The notes beneath the pieces were generated by a model. The model did not search any database and was not told the DNA's origin. It worked only from the letters and a program-made list of their open reading frames with translations. From Mobula hypostoma (Eukaryota): DNA of 64,000 nt. How positions within the stretch are numbered: the first letter of the stretch is position 1; the number at the start of each line of letters is the position of its first letter. Both the position numbers and the translations under genes were made by a program. Below are positions 1 through 11,420 of the stretch, piece after piece. Where the stretch lies: contig NC_086118.1 in assembly GCF_963921235.1 (NCBI RefSeq), positions 29,204,001 through 29,268,000 of the forward strand. Reading direction: 5' to 3'.

Positions 1-1790
1 TGTGTGACAGCATTCCATTTACAGGCTGAAGGTACTGTACAAAATTAAATTCAGATCCTTTCTGTAAAACATATTCGCAAGTCTTATTGGTTCACAAACA
101 TTTCCCCGGTTATTGTTTGCTACTTTATGATAACCAAACCTTCAGGTAATTAGATCACTCTTTTAAGAAGCAGTATAATGAGATGCTTGAATAAATTCAT
201 GGAGAATTGCCCCTTATCTACTCCACAATTAAGTTATTTAAAAGCTCATATAATAAGTACGGTATATGTAATGAAAACTGGGAAAGAAAGCTTCCTCTCC
301 ATGTGTGTATTTATGATTATGATATGTGCTTCTAATAGCCACTTCATAATAAATAAGTCCTACAATGACAAAGAAAGTGTCATGAATGGCAGCTACAAAC
401 ACAAGTAATTGCATATCTTTATGGATGATTGTAATAGTCTCATACAGTGACAGCTAAAGAATATTGACATTTACTATCATGATAGTATTTCTTGGAATTA
501 ATATGTCATTCCCATTCTATGTTTCATATACAAATTTCTTTATTTTTTGGTTTGTGTATTTATGGGGTTTCAGTTCAAATTTTAGCAATCAAGAACACTG
601 CTGATCATAAAATAATAGGAGTTCAATCTACTAATTTGGGCTAAATTTTATTTTGTATATCTTGCAGTCCCTCAAGACATTGTGATGTCTGTTCTATTCG
701 GCAGCATGAAAAACAACTTCTTGCCATTAAATATTTATTGATGAACTAATTGTGAAGCCAATTCAGAAAGTTGGTCCTACTCATATATATATGAAGATAA
801 ATTAATATTATGTACACTGGCAATTGCTAAAAGCATAAAAAAGTTCCTCAAATATATATCAATAGTCCAATCCTCTGTGGAATATCGTCTAGTGGTGACA
901 GCAAGAAGACAATCACTGGTTATTATAAATGAGACACAAGCAAGGTTGAAAAGTAAACTATTAGAAGCACTCAACAGATCAAGCAGAATCTGTAGGGGAA
1001 ATGGACAGTCGAAGGTTTATTGCCTGAAAGCGTATGAGAGGAGATAGATAGAATAAAGAGGTGAAGGGGTGGGGATGGAGTAAGAGCTGGCAAGTGATAG
1101 GTGGATCCAGGAGGGGTGATTGGCATTTGGGGAAGGAAAGGTGGAAATAGTAATTGGGAGGTGATCAAGGAGGTATCAAAGAGCTGTAGATGATCGAATT
1201 AGACTGGAAAGGACAGTGAAGAATATAAGCAAATAGGGAGGTAGGGTGAGTATATTCCAGCATCTATAGTCTATTGTGTCTCGAGACAGAGATGAAAGTG
1301 TGATTCTATACACAAGCTTGTTATTCACTATTCCAACCCCTCCTCTCACTCCCTTTGCTATACTTAGATATTGATATTGTAAGTAAATTTCTGCAAAATA
1401 TTTCAGTAATAAAATGAAAACCATGAGAAAGAATGACACGCTGAAGTACATATGATTTACAAGCCAATGCATTAGCCATTAGCCTGAAAAATGTCAGATC
1501 AATAATTTCACCAGCTGGGTGACTTAAATTGTCTACACAACCTAATCGTGAGGAATATAGCAACTGTTCCAGAACTGCAGAATACAAAGAAATGCATACA
1601 GTTTCAATTTTGAAGCAATTAATACAGGTAAACATTCTTCTGTTATTTTAACCATTGAAACTTTGGAGGTCAAATATTTTCCGAACTTTATATAACTAAT
1701 CATTAATCAATGAATTATTTATAAATTATCTCTCAAGTATTCCAATATATGTTAGCCTGGAGGAAAGTTTTGTAATGAATGGCAGGAAGC

Positions 1791-2072
1791 AGGGATGGCG
1801 TGGTAGCATAGTGGTTCGCACAATGCTTGACGGTACTAGTGACCTGGGCTCAATTCCCATCATTGTCTGCAAGGAGTTTGTATGATGGCGTGGGTTTCCT
1901 CCAGGTGCTTCGGTTTCCTCACACAGTCTAAAGACATACCGGTTGTTAGATTAATTGGCCATTGTAATTTGTCCCATGATTAGGTTAGAGTGAAATTGGG
2001 GGCAGCTGGGCGACCCAGCTCGAAGGCCTATTCTATGCTGTATCTCAATAAATAATAAATAAGTAAATAAAT
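1791..2072 (+). mobile_element. tRNA-derived V-SINE (HE1-like elasmobranch SINE)
   Basis: Pol III A-box-like TAGCATAGTGG and B-box-like GGCTCAATTCC. V-domain-like GTGGGTTTCCTCCAGGTGCTTCGGTTTCCTCACACAGTCTAAAGAC. CR1-type 3' end (GAAGGCCTATTCTATGCTGTATCTC) with a (TAAA)n tail. Confidence 0.8.
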
Positions 2073-3135
2073 ATCAGCATTAATTGCTGATCCTGAATTT
2101 ACCTTCAACTGTTGGTAGAGATTCTCAATGTTCATTTGCTAAATTCTGTGTGATCATGGTACTCCCAACATGCTGTTTCAGAAGGAATTTTAAGTTTTTG
2201 ACCTATAATTGAAAACTGCGACATATTTCAAAGTTGGAATGGACATTGTCAGGAGCTTTGGAAGTGCTTATGTTCCATTGTATCTGCAGTCCATGTCAGC
2301 AGAAGGAGTGTCTGTGTGCTAACAAAGAAGCCTTGATACAATGCTCCAGTGCACGAGGTTCCAGTCAAATGGCACAGCTGGTGCTGAGTTTCTTGATTAA
2401 CACTGCAACTGCACTCATCTGAGTTGACCCACTGAGTTCCTCCAGCAGTCTGTTTTCTTGCTTCAGATCCCAACATCTATAGTGTCTGTGCCTCCATTGA
2501 ACCACAGAGCCTTTTTTAGTGATTGACACTGGGGTTCCTACCTAAGTGCATTGGTGCCCTTGTTGCTTCAGTGGTTCCTACAAAAGGAGCCAGCATGAGA
2601 ACATACTGTTGGTGCTAATCAATAGTTGCCTTTCTTGACTTTGGTTGACTTTATATAATAGCTGTCAAGTCCAAAAACCACTATATTTAACTGTACACTG
2701 CAATACTGATACTTGTCTTGGTTCTAATCTCATGAATGGTGATGGGAGGAGTCTGAAAACCTAACTTATTTTGACTTTGTTGAGCTACTGGCATATTGAA
2801 ATGCAACACAATTCTCCCAGCTTTTACACAAATCCTTAGATCATAGTGAAGAAAGTACTTCACGGCCAGCAGGATAAGATATGCCTTGGTTACATGTCTG
2901 AAGCTAAGTCTTATGTGATGTCATGTTGCCCTTTGATTTTACGATTGAATACTTTGTCTTAGTGGTTTGATACAACTGAGTGGTTCACCAGATCATTTCA
3001 GAAGGAAGTTAACACCAACCACTTTGCAGTGGATATAGTAGAGTGACACATAAACCACACAAGGTGAGGAAGGTAGATTTCTTCCTTTTGTGAATATCCC
3101 AGATTGGATATTCCAGTATTTTCATGATCACTGTT

Positions 3136-4731
3136 TCTTTCTTTTTAAATCTTTTTATTAATTTTTCCAAAGTTATAAACGAAATAACAATGTTGATATA
3201 AAGAGACTGGAATAATCTTATTGTTAATAAACATATACAGAAAAGATTTCAGATAACACAGGTATAATAGACTTCCAAACTCATGATGTAATTAATCATA
3301 GAGAAAAAAGAAATAAAAAGAAAAAAATACAAAGAAAAACCCCAAAAAGAAACAAAAAAAGAACTAAATACTAAATCCAAAAAAGCAAACGGAACAAAAC
3401 AAGGCTAGACCAATATCCTAAATCCAATACGTTCAATAATGTCGTCAACTCCGCTCCTCTATTCATATATTTTAAGTTAATAAGAAGGATTTGGAAAGAT
3501 CAAATTACATCATATGAAAATGTTGAATAAATGGTTTCCAAGTCTCCTCAAATTTAACTGAAGGATCAAACATATGGCTTCAAATTTTTTCTAAATTTAA
3601 ACATAACATAGTTTGGGAAAACCATTGGAATGTAGTAGGAGGATTGGTCTCCTTCCAGTTCAATAAAATAGATCTTCTGGCCATTAAAGTAACAAATGCA
3701 ATCATCTGACAGGCTGAAGAAGATAAAAATCTATGTTCTACCATTGGCAATCCAAAAATTGCCGTAATAGGATGGGGTTGTAAATCAAAACACAGAACTG
3801 TTCAGATAATATTAAAAATATCTTTCCAATATTTTTCCAAAAGAGGACAGGACCAAAACATATGAGTTAAAGAAGCCATCTCAGAGTGACGTCTGTCACA
3901 AATAGGGTTTCTATGGGAATAAAAACGGGCTAATTTATCTTTAGACATATGGGCTCTATGCACTACTTTAAATTGTATTAATGTATGTTTAGCACATATA
4001 GAGGAAGTACTGACTAATTGCAAAATTTTACCCCATTTCTCTATAGGTAGGCAAAGTTGAAGTTCCCTTTCCCATTCATTTTTAATTTTATCAGATATAC
4101 CTGGCTGTAATTTCATAATTATATCATAGATAGATGCTATTAATCCATTTTGAGGAGGATTTAAACCTAAAATTTTATCGATGATATCAGTCAGGTATGA
4201 GGTCGGAAAGGTAGGCAACATAACATTTCAAAAATTTCTTATTTGTAAATATCTAAAAAAATGGGATCTCGGCAAATCAAATTTCTTAGATAACTGTTCA
4301 AAAGACATGAAACAGTTATCCAGAAATAAGTCACGAAAACATGTTATACCTTTCGTTTTCCATATCAAAAAGGCTTGGTCCATAACCGAGTGTTAAAAAA
4401 AAATTAGATATAATAAGGCTTGACAATATAAATTTGTTCAAACCAAAAAATTTACGAAATTGAAACCATATTTGTAACGTATGTTTAACTACTGGATTAA
4501 CCATTTGTTTATTCAATTTAGATAGTACAAAAGGAAGTGAAGTTCCTAAAACGGAAGCCAAAGAGAACCCTTGTACAGAGTAGCCTTCAAAGTTTACCCA
4601 GTATGGGCTTGGAATTATATTCCAATCTTGTGTCCAAAATATTAAATATCAAATATTAATTGCCCAATAATAAAATCTTAGATTAAGCAGTACTAAACCA
4701 CCATCTTTCTTGGACTTCTGTAAGTATTTTT
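3136..4731 (-). mobile_element. 5'-truncated L1/Tx1-clade LINE (ORF2 C-terminus and 3' UTR) with 11-bp TSD
   Basis: Minus-strand ORF fragments include KVVHRAH...ICDR.HSEMASLTHMFWSCPLLEKYW (C-terminal CCHC region) and GGLVLLNLRFYYWA. A-rich tail with AATAAA at the left end. TGATCACTGTT is duplicated at 3125-3135 and 4732-4742. Confidence 0.88.
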
Positions 4732-6854
4732 TGATCACTGTTAATGACAGTGATCTTGTTCCTAATTGTTTTCATTAGCTAAATTTAAATTCTACAAGGT
4801 GAGATTTAAACTAGCGCGCAGACCATCTGTTCAGGCCTTGGGATTACATGTCCAATCATTGGTTCATATGCTTTTCAATGTTCAAATAACAATCCACATT
4901 TGGTGGATGCTTTTTAAGATCATTCTAATTTTACTTTTTTAAGTTTGTGAAAAAAATCTCTATGCTTTACATTTTAAACAAGATCCTGGGGTTCTATCAT
5001 AGGCTTTTTTTTAATTGCCAATATGAAGAAAAAATTGAGAGATAATTTAGAGTGAGGGATTGCTTCTTTAAATACCGATGCTGGGAAGAAATTGCAATGA
5101 GGCTTGCTGTAATATTTGGTAAATGCACATAGAGGATGATAATGAGACAGCCAGTTTCTCTTATGATACACAGAGACTGATGCTTGTACTACAACCACAG
5201 GACTTTGCTTAGGTATTTAGAGTCCAGCTGGAAATCCAATTAAAGCCACTACCCAATGCTTACTAAATCAGTAAAAATATTTTAAATTCATGGAATTATA
5301 GAAAAATAGTGTAGCATAGAAGGAGGTCATTTGGCCCTTTGTCAATTTTTTGTGGCTCTACCTGATTAATTTCACTCCCCTGCTCTTTCCTCATAGCCCT
5401 GTAATTCTTTTTAGCCCTTCAGTGAGATATCCAATTCCCAGTTGAAAACAACCATAGAAGCTACTTCAGTTAACCTTTCGGATAATTATCAACAATGCAC
5501 TGCTCATAAAGTGGATTCTTCATTTCTGGTTCTTTGGCCAATCCTCCTAAACTTATCCTCTGCTTTCTGAAAAATTGCTACTAGAATCAGTCGTTCTTCG
5601 TGTACTCTTTCAAATCCCTTTATGATTGTGAGTATCTCTATCAAATCTCCAAAGGTGGGTATCCTCAATCTCTCTGAGTCCTACATATAACTAAAATATT
5701 TAATTCCTGATGCCTGTTTTAATACTTCTTCCTAAATTATGGTACCCTGTCAGTATACTATAAATTTAACTAATTTTGAGCTCTATTCTGTTAGTAAAAT
5801 CTGGGATAATTTAAAAAATAATGATCCCACTTATACTTTATTAATAGGACCCTTCTTTAAAACTAATATATCACGTTACCTGTATACTCACAATATTTTA
5901 CATTGAGAACATCTCACAATTTTTGACAACAAAGAATTAACTATCACTACCAATTTGCAAGAGAAATATCTACAGATTTGATTGCTATGCATACAGAAAC
6001 AGAGTCCTCTAATTGAGCACTAGGCAGAGCCTCATTCCAATTATCCTGTACTTTTGCAGCTATCAACTAATACCTCACTTTGTGAAGTCCATGCATTACC
6101 TGATGGTGTAATACCCATCTCACTTTATAAGATGTCCATTTTCACAACAATCTTCCAAACTCAAAATGTCAGGATTCTTATAGATAAAGATTGGAGCTGT
6201 GAGTGAGACAGTACAGGCAGAAGATGACTAGCTCAGAGAACAACATAGTGAGCATTCTTGCTTTTAGAAGGGGAACTAAAAGATCTAATGGGCTTTGACA
6301 ACAAGAATGAGGTAGCTTTGTATCTTAGCAAGTCCCCTTGTGGGATGAGTGAACATCTCATGATCTTCTGGCTAACTCTAATTTAAAACCAGCACACTGA
6401 CATCATTAGCACACAGACATTTCAACAATGAAAGTTACACAAATGAGCAAGGAGGATTTATTTTCTGACTTTCAAAAGAAGCTGATCTGTGAATAAAAAC
6501 AAAACAAATTGATCTTCCTGGGTGAATTTCATGGTCAGAAAGGTAAGATGTGAACAAGAGGAAGGAATTCAGGAATGCCATCTCCAAAAGAGTTTTCCTC
6601 TTAACTTGTATCATCAGAGTGACAAATACCTCATGAGAACATGTCTAAGCACCTCTATTCTAGCATGTAATCCACGTCCTTACCCAGTGGCTGCACAACA
6701 GAAGCATCCTCAAAGCATCAACCCAGCATTTCCAATTTTTTTTTTGCAATACTGATTCTTAGCTTACAAGCTTCCCACTGGAATGCAGCTAAACTATAGG
6801 ACAAATGGGAAACTGTTAACCACTTTGATCCCTCAAATAGCTTAATAGCTTAAG

Positions 6855-7198
6855 AAGGCATAAGGTGTGTTGGCCTTTGTTAGTCAGGGGATTGAGTTCA
6901 AGAGCTATGAGGTAATGTTGCAGCTCTATAAAACCCTGGTTAGAACACAGGTGGAGTAGAATGTTCAGTTCTGGTTGCCTCACTATAGGAAGGATGTGAA
7001 GCTACAGAGAAGATCCAGAGGAGATTTACCAGAATGTTGACTGGATTAGAAACCATGTCTTATGAGGATAGGTTGAGCGAGCTAAGAGTTTTCTCTTTTG
7101 AATGAAGAAGCATGAGAGGTGACATGATAGAGGTGTACAAGCTGATAAAGGCTGGCACCATTTTACCAGGGCAGCAATGGCTATAAGAGATTGTGGTA
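6855..7198 (+). mobile_element. CR1 LINE 3' fragment (left part, interrupted by a nested insertion)
   Basis: Degenerate CR1 ORF2 C-terminus (VMLQLYKTLVR...VQFW.PHYRKD...RGDMIEVYK), similar to 51650-51950 in this window. Confidence 0.85.
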
Positions 7199-7890
7199 AA
7201 AAGGAGGGAAGGAAAAGATGGTGGTGTGACGCAGCGCGTGCGGCCACTCCGAATTGATATCGTATTTGTGAAGTAGGATGCCGTGCACAATCCTGATTTG
7301 ATGGAGTCAGCTGTGAAAAACACAGAGGAACATCTGGAGAAACTTCTGAAATGCCTGCTTTGCCGCCGCTGCTACTGTGCAATTGAGAATCTCTGGAGGG
7401 GAAGGCCCCAAATCCTCGGCTTTGCCTATTGCCTGTTGCTGGTGCTGGGGTCGAAGTGCTCGGCAGAGATGGTGCTCGGTGCTCGGTGTTGGAGAGCTGG
7501 TCGGAGGCTCGAAGTTTTCGGACGGACTCGGAGTCGGACTGTGGTCGGGTGCTTCCGGTATGCTGCATCGGCAAGTTTGCGGGAAGCTCATAGCAGGAAG
7601 AGTTTTTTTCCTTCAACCGTCTGTATGAGATGATGGGACTTTCGAGAGACTTTAAGACTTTTTACCGTGCCCATGTTCTGTTCTTCTATCAAATTACGGT
7701 ATTGCTTGCACTGTTGTAACTATATGTTGTAATTATGTGGTTTTTGTCAGTTTTTTTAGTCTTGGTTTGTCTTGTGCTTCCGTGATATCATTCCGGAGGA
7801 ACAAATTGTGTCATTTCTTAATGCATGCATTACTAAATGACAATTAAAGAGGACTGTGTGTCCTCATAATCTAATCTAATCTAATCTAAT
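7199..7890 (+). mobile_element. CpG-rich non-autonomous retroelement with a Rex1-like 3' tail, nested in CR1
   Basis: Interrupts an otherwise collinear CR1. The GC/CpG-rich 5' part begins near AAGATGG. The T-rich 3' part ends AAATGACAATTAAA...(AATCT)4, like the Rex1-type tail at 32243-32270 (minus strand). No RT coding sequence. Confidence 0.65.
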
Positions 7891-8100
7891 TGGATGGAAG
7901 GCACTGCTGGAGATGGTGGTAGAGGCAGATACATTAAGGCCATTTAAGAGACCTTTAGATAGGTACATGGATGAAAACAATATGGAGGGCTATGTGGGAG
8001 GGAAGAGTTAGATTGATCCTGGAGGAGTAGGTTAAAAGGTCAGCAGGATATGGCGGCTGAAGGACCTGTTCTGTGCAGTACTGTTCTATGTTCTATGTTT
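7891..8100 (+). mobile_element. CR1 LINE 3' end (right part)
   Basis: Continues the CR1 above (GGTGGTAGAGGCAGATAC...TTTAAGAGACCTTTAGATAGG) and ends in GGCTGAAGGACCTGTT...(TTCTATG)n. Confidence 0.85.
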
Positions 8101-8109
8101 CCTCTACTC

Positions 8110-8595
8110 CAGAATCAAAGTTGTTCATATATTTATTGACAGGTTGAAAAACCATTGCTAATGTCCCTTCCCATAACTGAAGTTATAATTACATGCAGCC
8201 AGTTCCAATGGTCAGGCCACATTGCTCATAGACCCAATATCGGTCACATTAGAGTGTTCCACTCTTGGTCCTTTCACAGCAGTAAACAGGCGAAACAAGT
8301 TAATGATGACTTGAAGCACTTGAAAAATTATTACATCCCATTTTTGCTCAAGATGAAGAAGAATTGTTTGGGATGGCTTCGATAGCCTTCAAACTATTGG
8401 TGTGATCACACGGTAACCCACCATAAATAGTGAAAGGAATGCAGACTAACCATCCACAGCACCTCCATCAATCATATCTTGACTCACCAGTAGCAGAACA
8501 AGTAGGTCCCACATTGGTCTCATCAGCCACTTCAGTACCCATAGAACTGGATGAAAAGCATGTTATCCTCTACACCAATGGACAGCCTAAGAAGC
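8110..8595 (+). mobile_element. Degenerate RTE-clade LINE 3' fragment
   Basis: ORF 8155-8385 contains QFQWSGHIAH, resembling the RTE 'LRWxGHVxR' motif. Heavily decayed. Confidence 0.45.
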
Positions 8596-9454
8596 AAAAG
8601 AATCACAACCCACACTGTACTGTGAAATTCTTTTGTGTAACTGAAGAATATAGTCCTTTCTTTGAACAACAATGACTCAAATGAGGTTACTATTTTATTT
8701 CAGTCAACTTCATTAAATTTCTATTTGTGATCAGTAACGTTACTTGTGTTATGTACTCTATTAACAGTAGAATTCACAATGTTTTAATAGTAAAAGCAGC
8801 CAGTGCACTGAAAGAGTAATTTGTCTTAATTCTGCTGCATTATAATGCAGATTAAATTAGACTGAATATTGTTCTTGCAACTGAAATGCACAGAAAGCAA
8901 ATACTTCATTTCCAAGGTGCACTGAAAAGAAAATGGAGAACTGTATTATGAAAATATAATTAGACATTCTCATTACACAGGTTTATATAATCTACGTTGG
9001 GCAGAAACAGGCCATTCAGCTGAACCAATCCATGCTGTTGTTTATACTACATTCAAACCTTCTGATACATTATTTCAAGAATGAAGTGGGAACTATAATG
9101 TTATACTCACAAATATACTATTTGTATTTATTGTATTGCATCTTTCACTGGTCTTTTATTCTGTGTTGGAAACACCAAGAGCTCATTCACACTTGATCTG
9201 ACCAGCATTCACACTCTTTGTGTTGGTCCTGTGGTTTTGTGACTTTTCTCTGAGCATAGGGGGCTCTACTACTTTTCAAAAACAGCTGGCAAAAGGTTTG
9301 CAGACCCAATAATATTCCCACAAGCTCAACACAAAATGCTAGCTATTGTCTCTCTCATCTTCTGTGGGCTTGGTACTTCCCTACTAATCAGAATTCAGCT
9401 GGGTGAGGAGCCTGATTGGTCCATTTCATTCCCTGCTTCTTCTGACTTTGGCCA

Positions 9455-9860
9455 TTAGTAGTAGTGCGATCACTCAAGTCGAGTATGATATTCTCCCAAG
9501 GGGCTAGTCATTTAATTGAAAATGTCTGTGTATGACTTTGTTTAACTGGGGAGGCTGATACACAGGCAGACACCACATGGTCCTTGACAGGTTGAGGTCA
9601 GGGTCCAATGGCATGGATACAAGACAGCTGGGGACCCTTCACTGATGTAGTCTTCCTCCACCTTCACTGATATGCTGTCAACTTCTGTCAGCTTTATCAT
9701 TGAGGTCTTGGTTGGATCACTCTTTGTCTGGAACCTGCCCTTTAAACTTACCACCATGGATGGCCCTACCAAGAGCTAAGCTCCAGACAGACTCACTCTC
9801 GGGATCTCGGGAACACACAAGCCTCTCCACCATGACAAGGTGGTAGTCCTCAGAGAAGGA
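9455..9860 (-). mobile_element. Bipartite non-autonomous RTE derivative (RTE-like 5' region joined to a 3' tail)
   Basis: Minus strand reads GGACTACCACCTTGTCATGGTGGAGAGGCTTGTGTG...CTTGGTAGGGCCATCC...CCAGACAAAGAGTGATCC, resembling Expander/BovB-type RTE 5' UTRs as I recall them. Ends in ATCATACTCGACTTGAGTGATCGCA(CTA)n. No RT between the two parts. Confidence 0.6.
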
Positions 9861-9899
9861 GAAAATTACATTACAGAAGAAGAAAAAGCATTGTAGTAT

Positions 9900-10865
9900 T
9901 ACTACTGGACCTATACCATCTCAATGCAGGTACTTACTCATAAATCTCAATGTAATGCAAAGACCAAATACCCAAAGCTTGAAAATAGTAAAAGAAACAT
10001 TAATCCACAATGTAATCTCATGTATTTAGAGACACATGTCCACATAGTCAAGAAAAGACATAACAAATGTAAAGAGGCAATAAAAAACCCAGACTTCTGA
10101 AGACAATTATGAAGTTGCCAGCTGTGCTATTGAAAGTCAGAAAATTCAAGGCAGCATTACCAATTAAAAGAAAGTCTCCATAAGATCAAAAATAAAACTG
10201 ATTGATGCACAAGTGAAAAGAACCAAACACCATGACACCATATTAAATCATTACCAAATGTTTTTGAGAGTGTAATCAGTATATGTAGCATGTCCAGATA
10301 TAACAACTTTGAAAAGCATCAAGGTTATTCAGCATCAAGATTCAGATAGTCCAGTCAATGAGATAAAATAGTATCTATCCATCAATAACCAACACCAGAA
10401 CTAATAAAAAAAGATAATTAACAATAATACCAGCAGTATCCATAATATCAGCTGCAATACCAGCAATGTCAAGTACGACTTCAAGAACAAGAAAAAAAAA
10501 TCACCAACATAACAAATCATTTCATTGTAGATAGGGATAACTGCATCTGACAATTATCATGAATGACACTTTTAAAAGAATGGCACAATTCATAGAACTT
10601 AAGTTTTAAAATAGATCACCCAATTTAAAAACATTCGAAGAAAATAATTTTTTTGAAGGAAAAGAGATGTATTAAGAGACATTATTTTCAAAGAAAAGGT
10701 ACATATTATAGGCTAAAATAGTCATTGTACAGCAGTAAGTAACTTTTTAATTTGTTAGAAATCACACATTCTATCTCTCAGCAGGGCATGGCTTATGGTC
10801 TAAAGTACGCCCTGTATAACCCACCTATTAGTTAATCATTAAGAAGCAAGTTCAGGGAACAACAA
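9900..10865 (+). mobile_element. Highly decayed Gypsy-like LTR retrotransposon remnant (integrase end, PPT, possible LTR)
   Basis: 10005-10052 reads PQCNLMYLETHVHIVKK, similar to the integrase PQSNG.AER.VQTVK motif. A purine tract GAAGGAAAAGAGA at ~10655-10667 is followed directly by TGT. Confidence 0.35.
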
Positions 10866-10964
10866 AATATTACACCTTCTCTGATTCTTCCTCTTTTTCA
10901 ACATCTGGTTGACCTACCATCTCATTCTCTCTTAAGTTCCTTCCACCCTTCATACAGATTCATA

Positions 10965-11420
10965 GAAAAATAGAAAAACAGGAGAAGATGGCCAGTGTTA
11001 TAAATCTACTTTGCCATTTAAAATAATCATGACTGATCCTATATCTCAATGCTATTCACCTGCTCTTTTCCCATTTTACCTTGTTGCCTTTTGTGTCTAG
11101 AAATCTATATCCTTATAAGTATTATTAGTGATTTCACCTCCATAGCCCTTGGAAGTGAATTGTACATATTTACCATCCTTTGAGGAAAGTATCACATTCC
11201 TAAATGCCGTATCTCACATGCAGGGACTGTGACCCTTGGTTTCTAGACACTCCAGCTACATTCCTCCATGCAGCTTGTCAAGCAAGACCTGTTGAACTTA
11301 CGTACATTTCTATTAGATTTCTTTTCATTCTTTTAAATTCTGGGGAATACAGGCCTACTTAGCCCAGTCTGTTGGTCTGATGAGTTTTCATTGCTCTCCT
11401 ATTGTGACAAAGGTACTCTC
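10965..11420 (-). mobile_element. Old CR1 3' fragment
   Basis: Reverse-oriented CR1 tail (CATAGAAAAATAGAAAAACAGGAG...GGCC) followed by decayed ORF2 3' sequence. Confidence 0.5.

Noticed and set aside
7026..7633. Overlapping 83-196 aa ORFs on both strands
   Set aside because: They span a CR1/non-coding insertion junction, have no recognisable domain, and are explained by high GC content.
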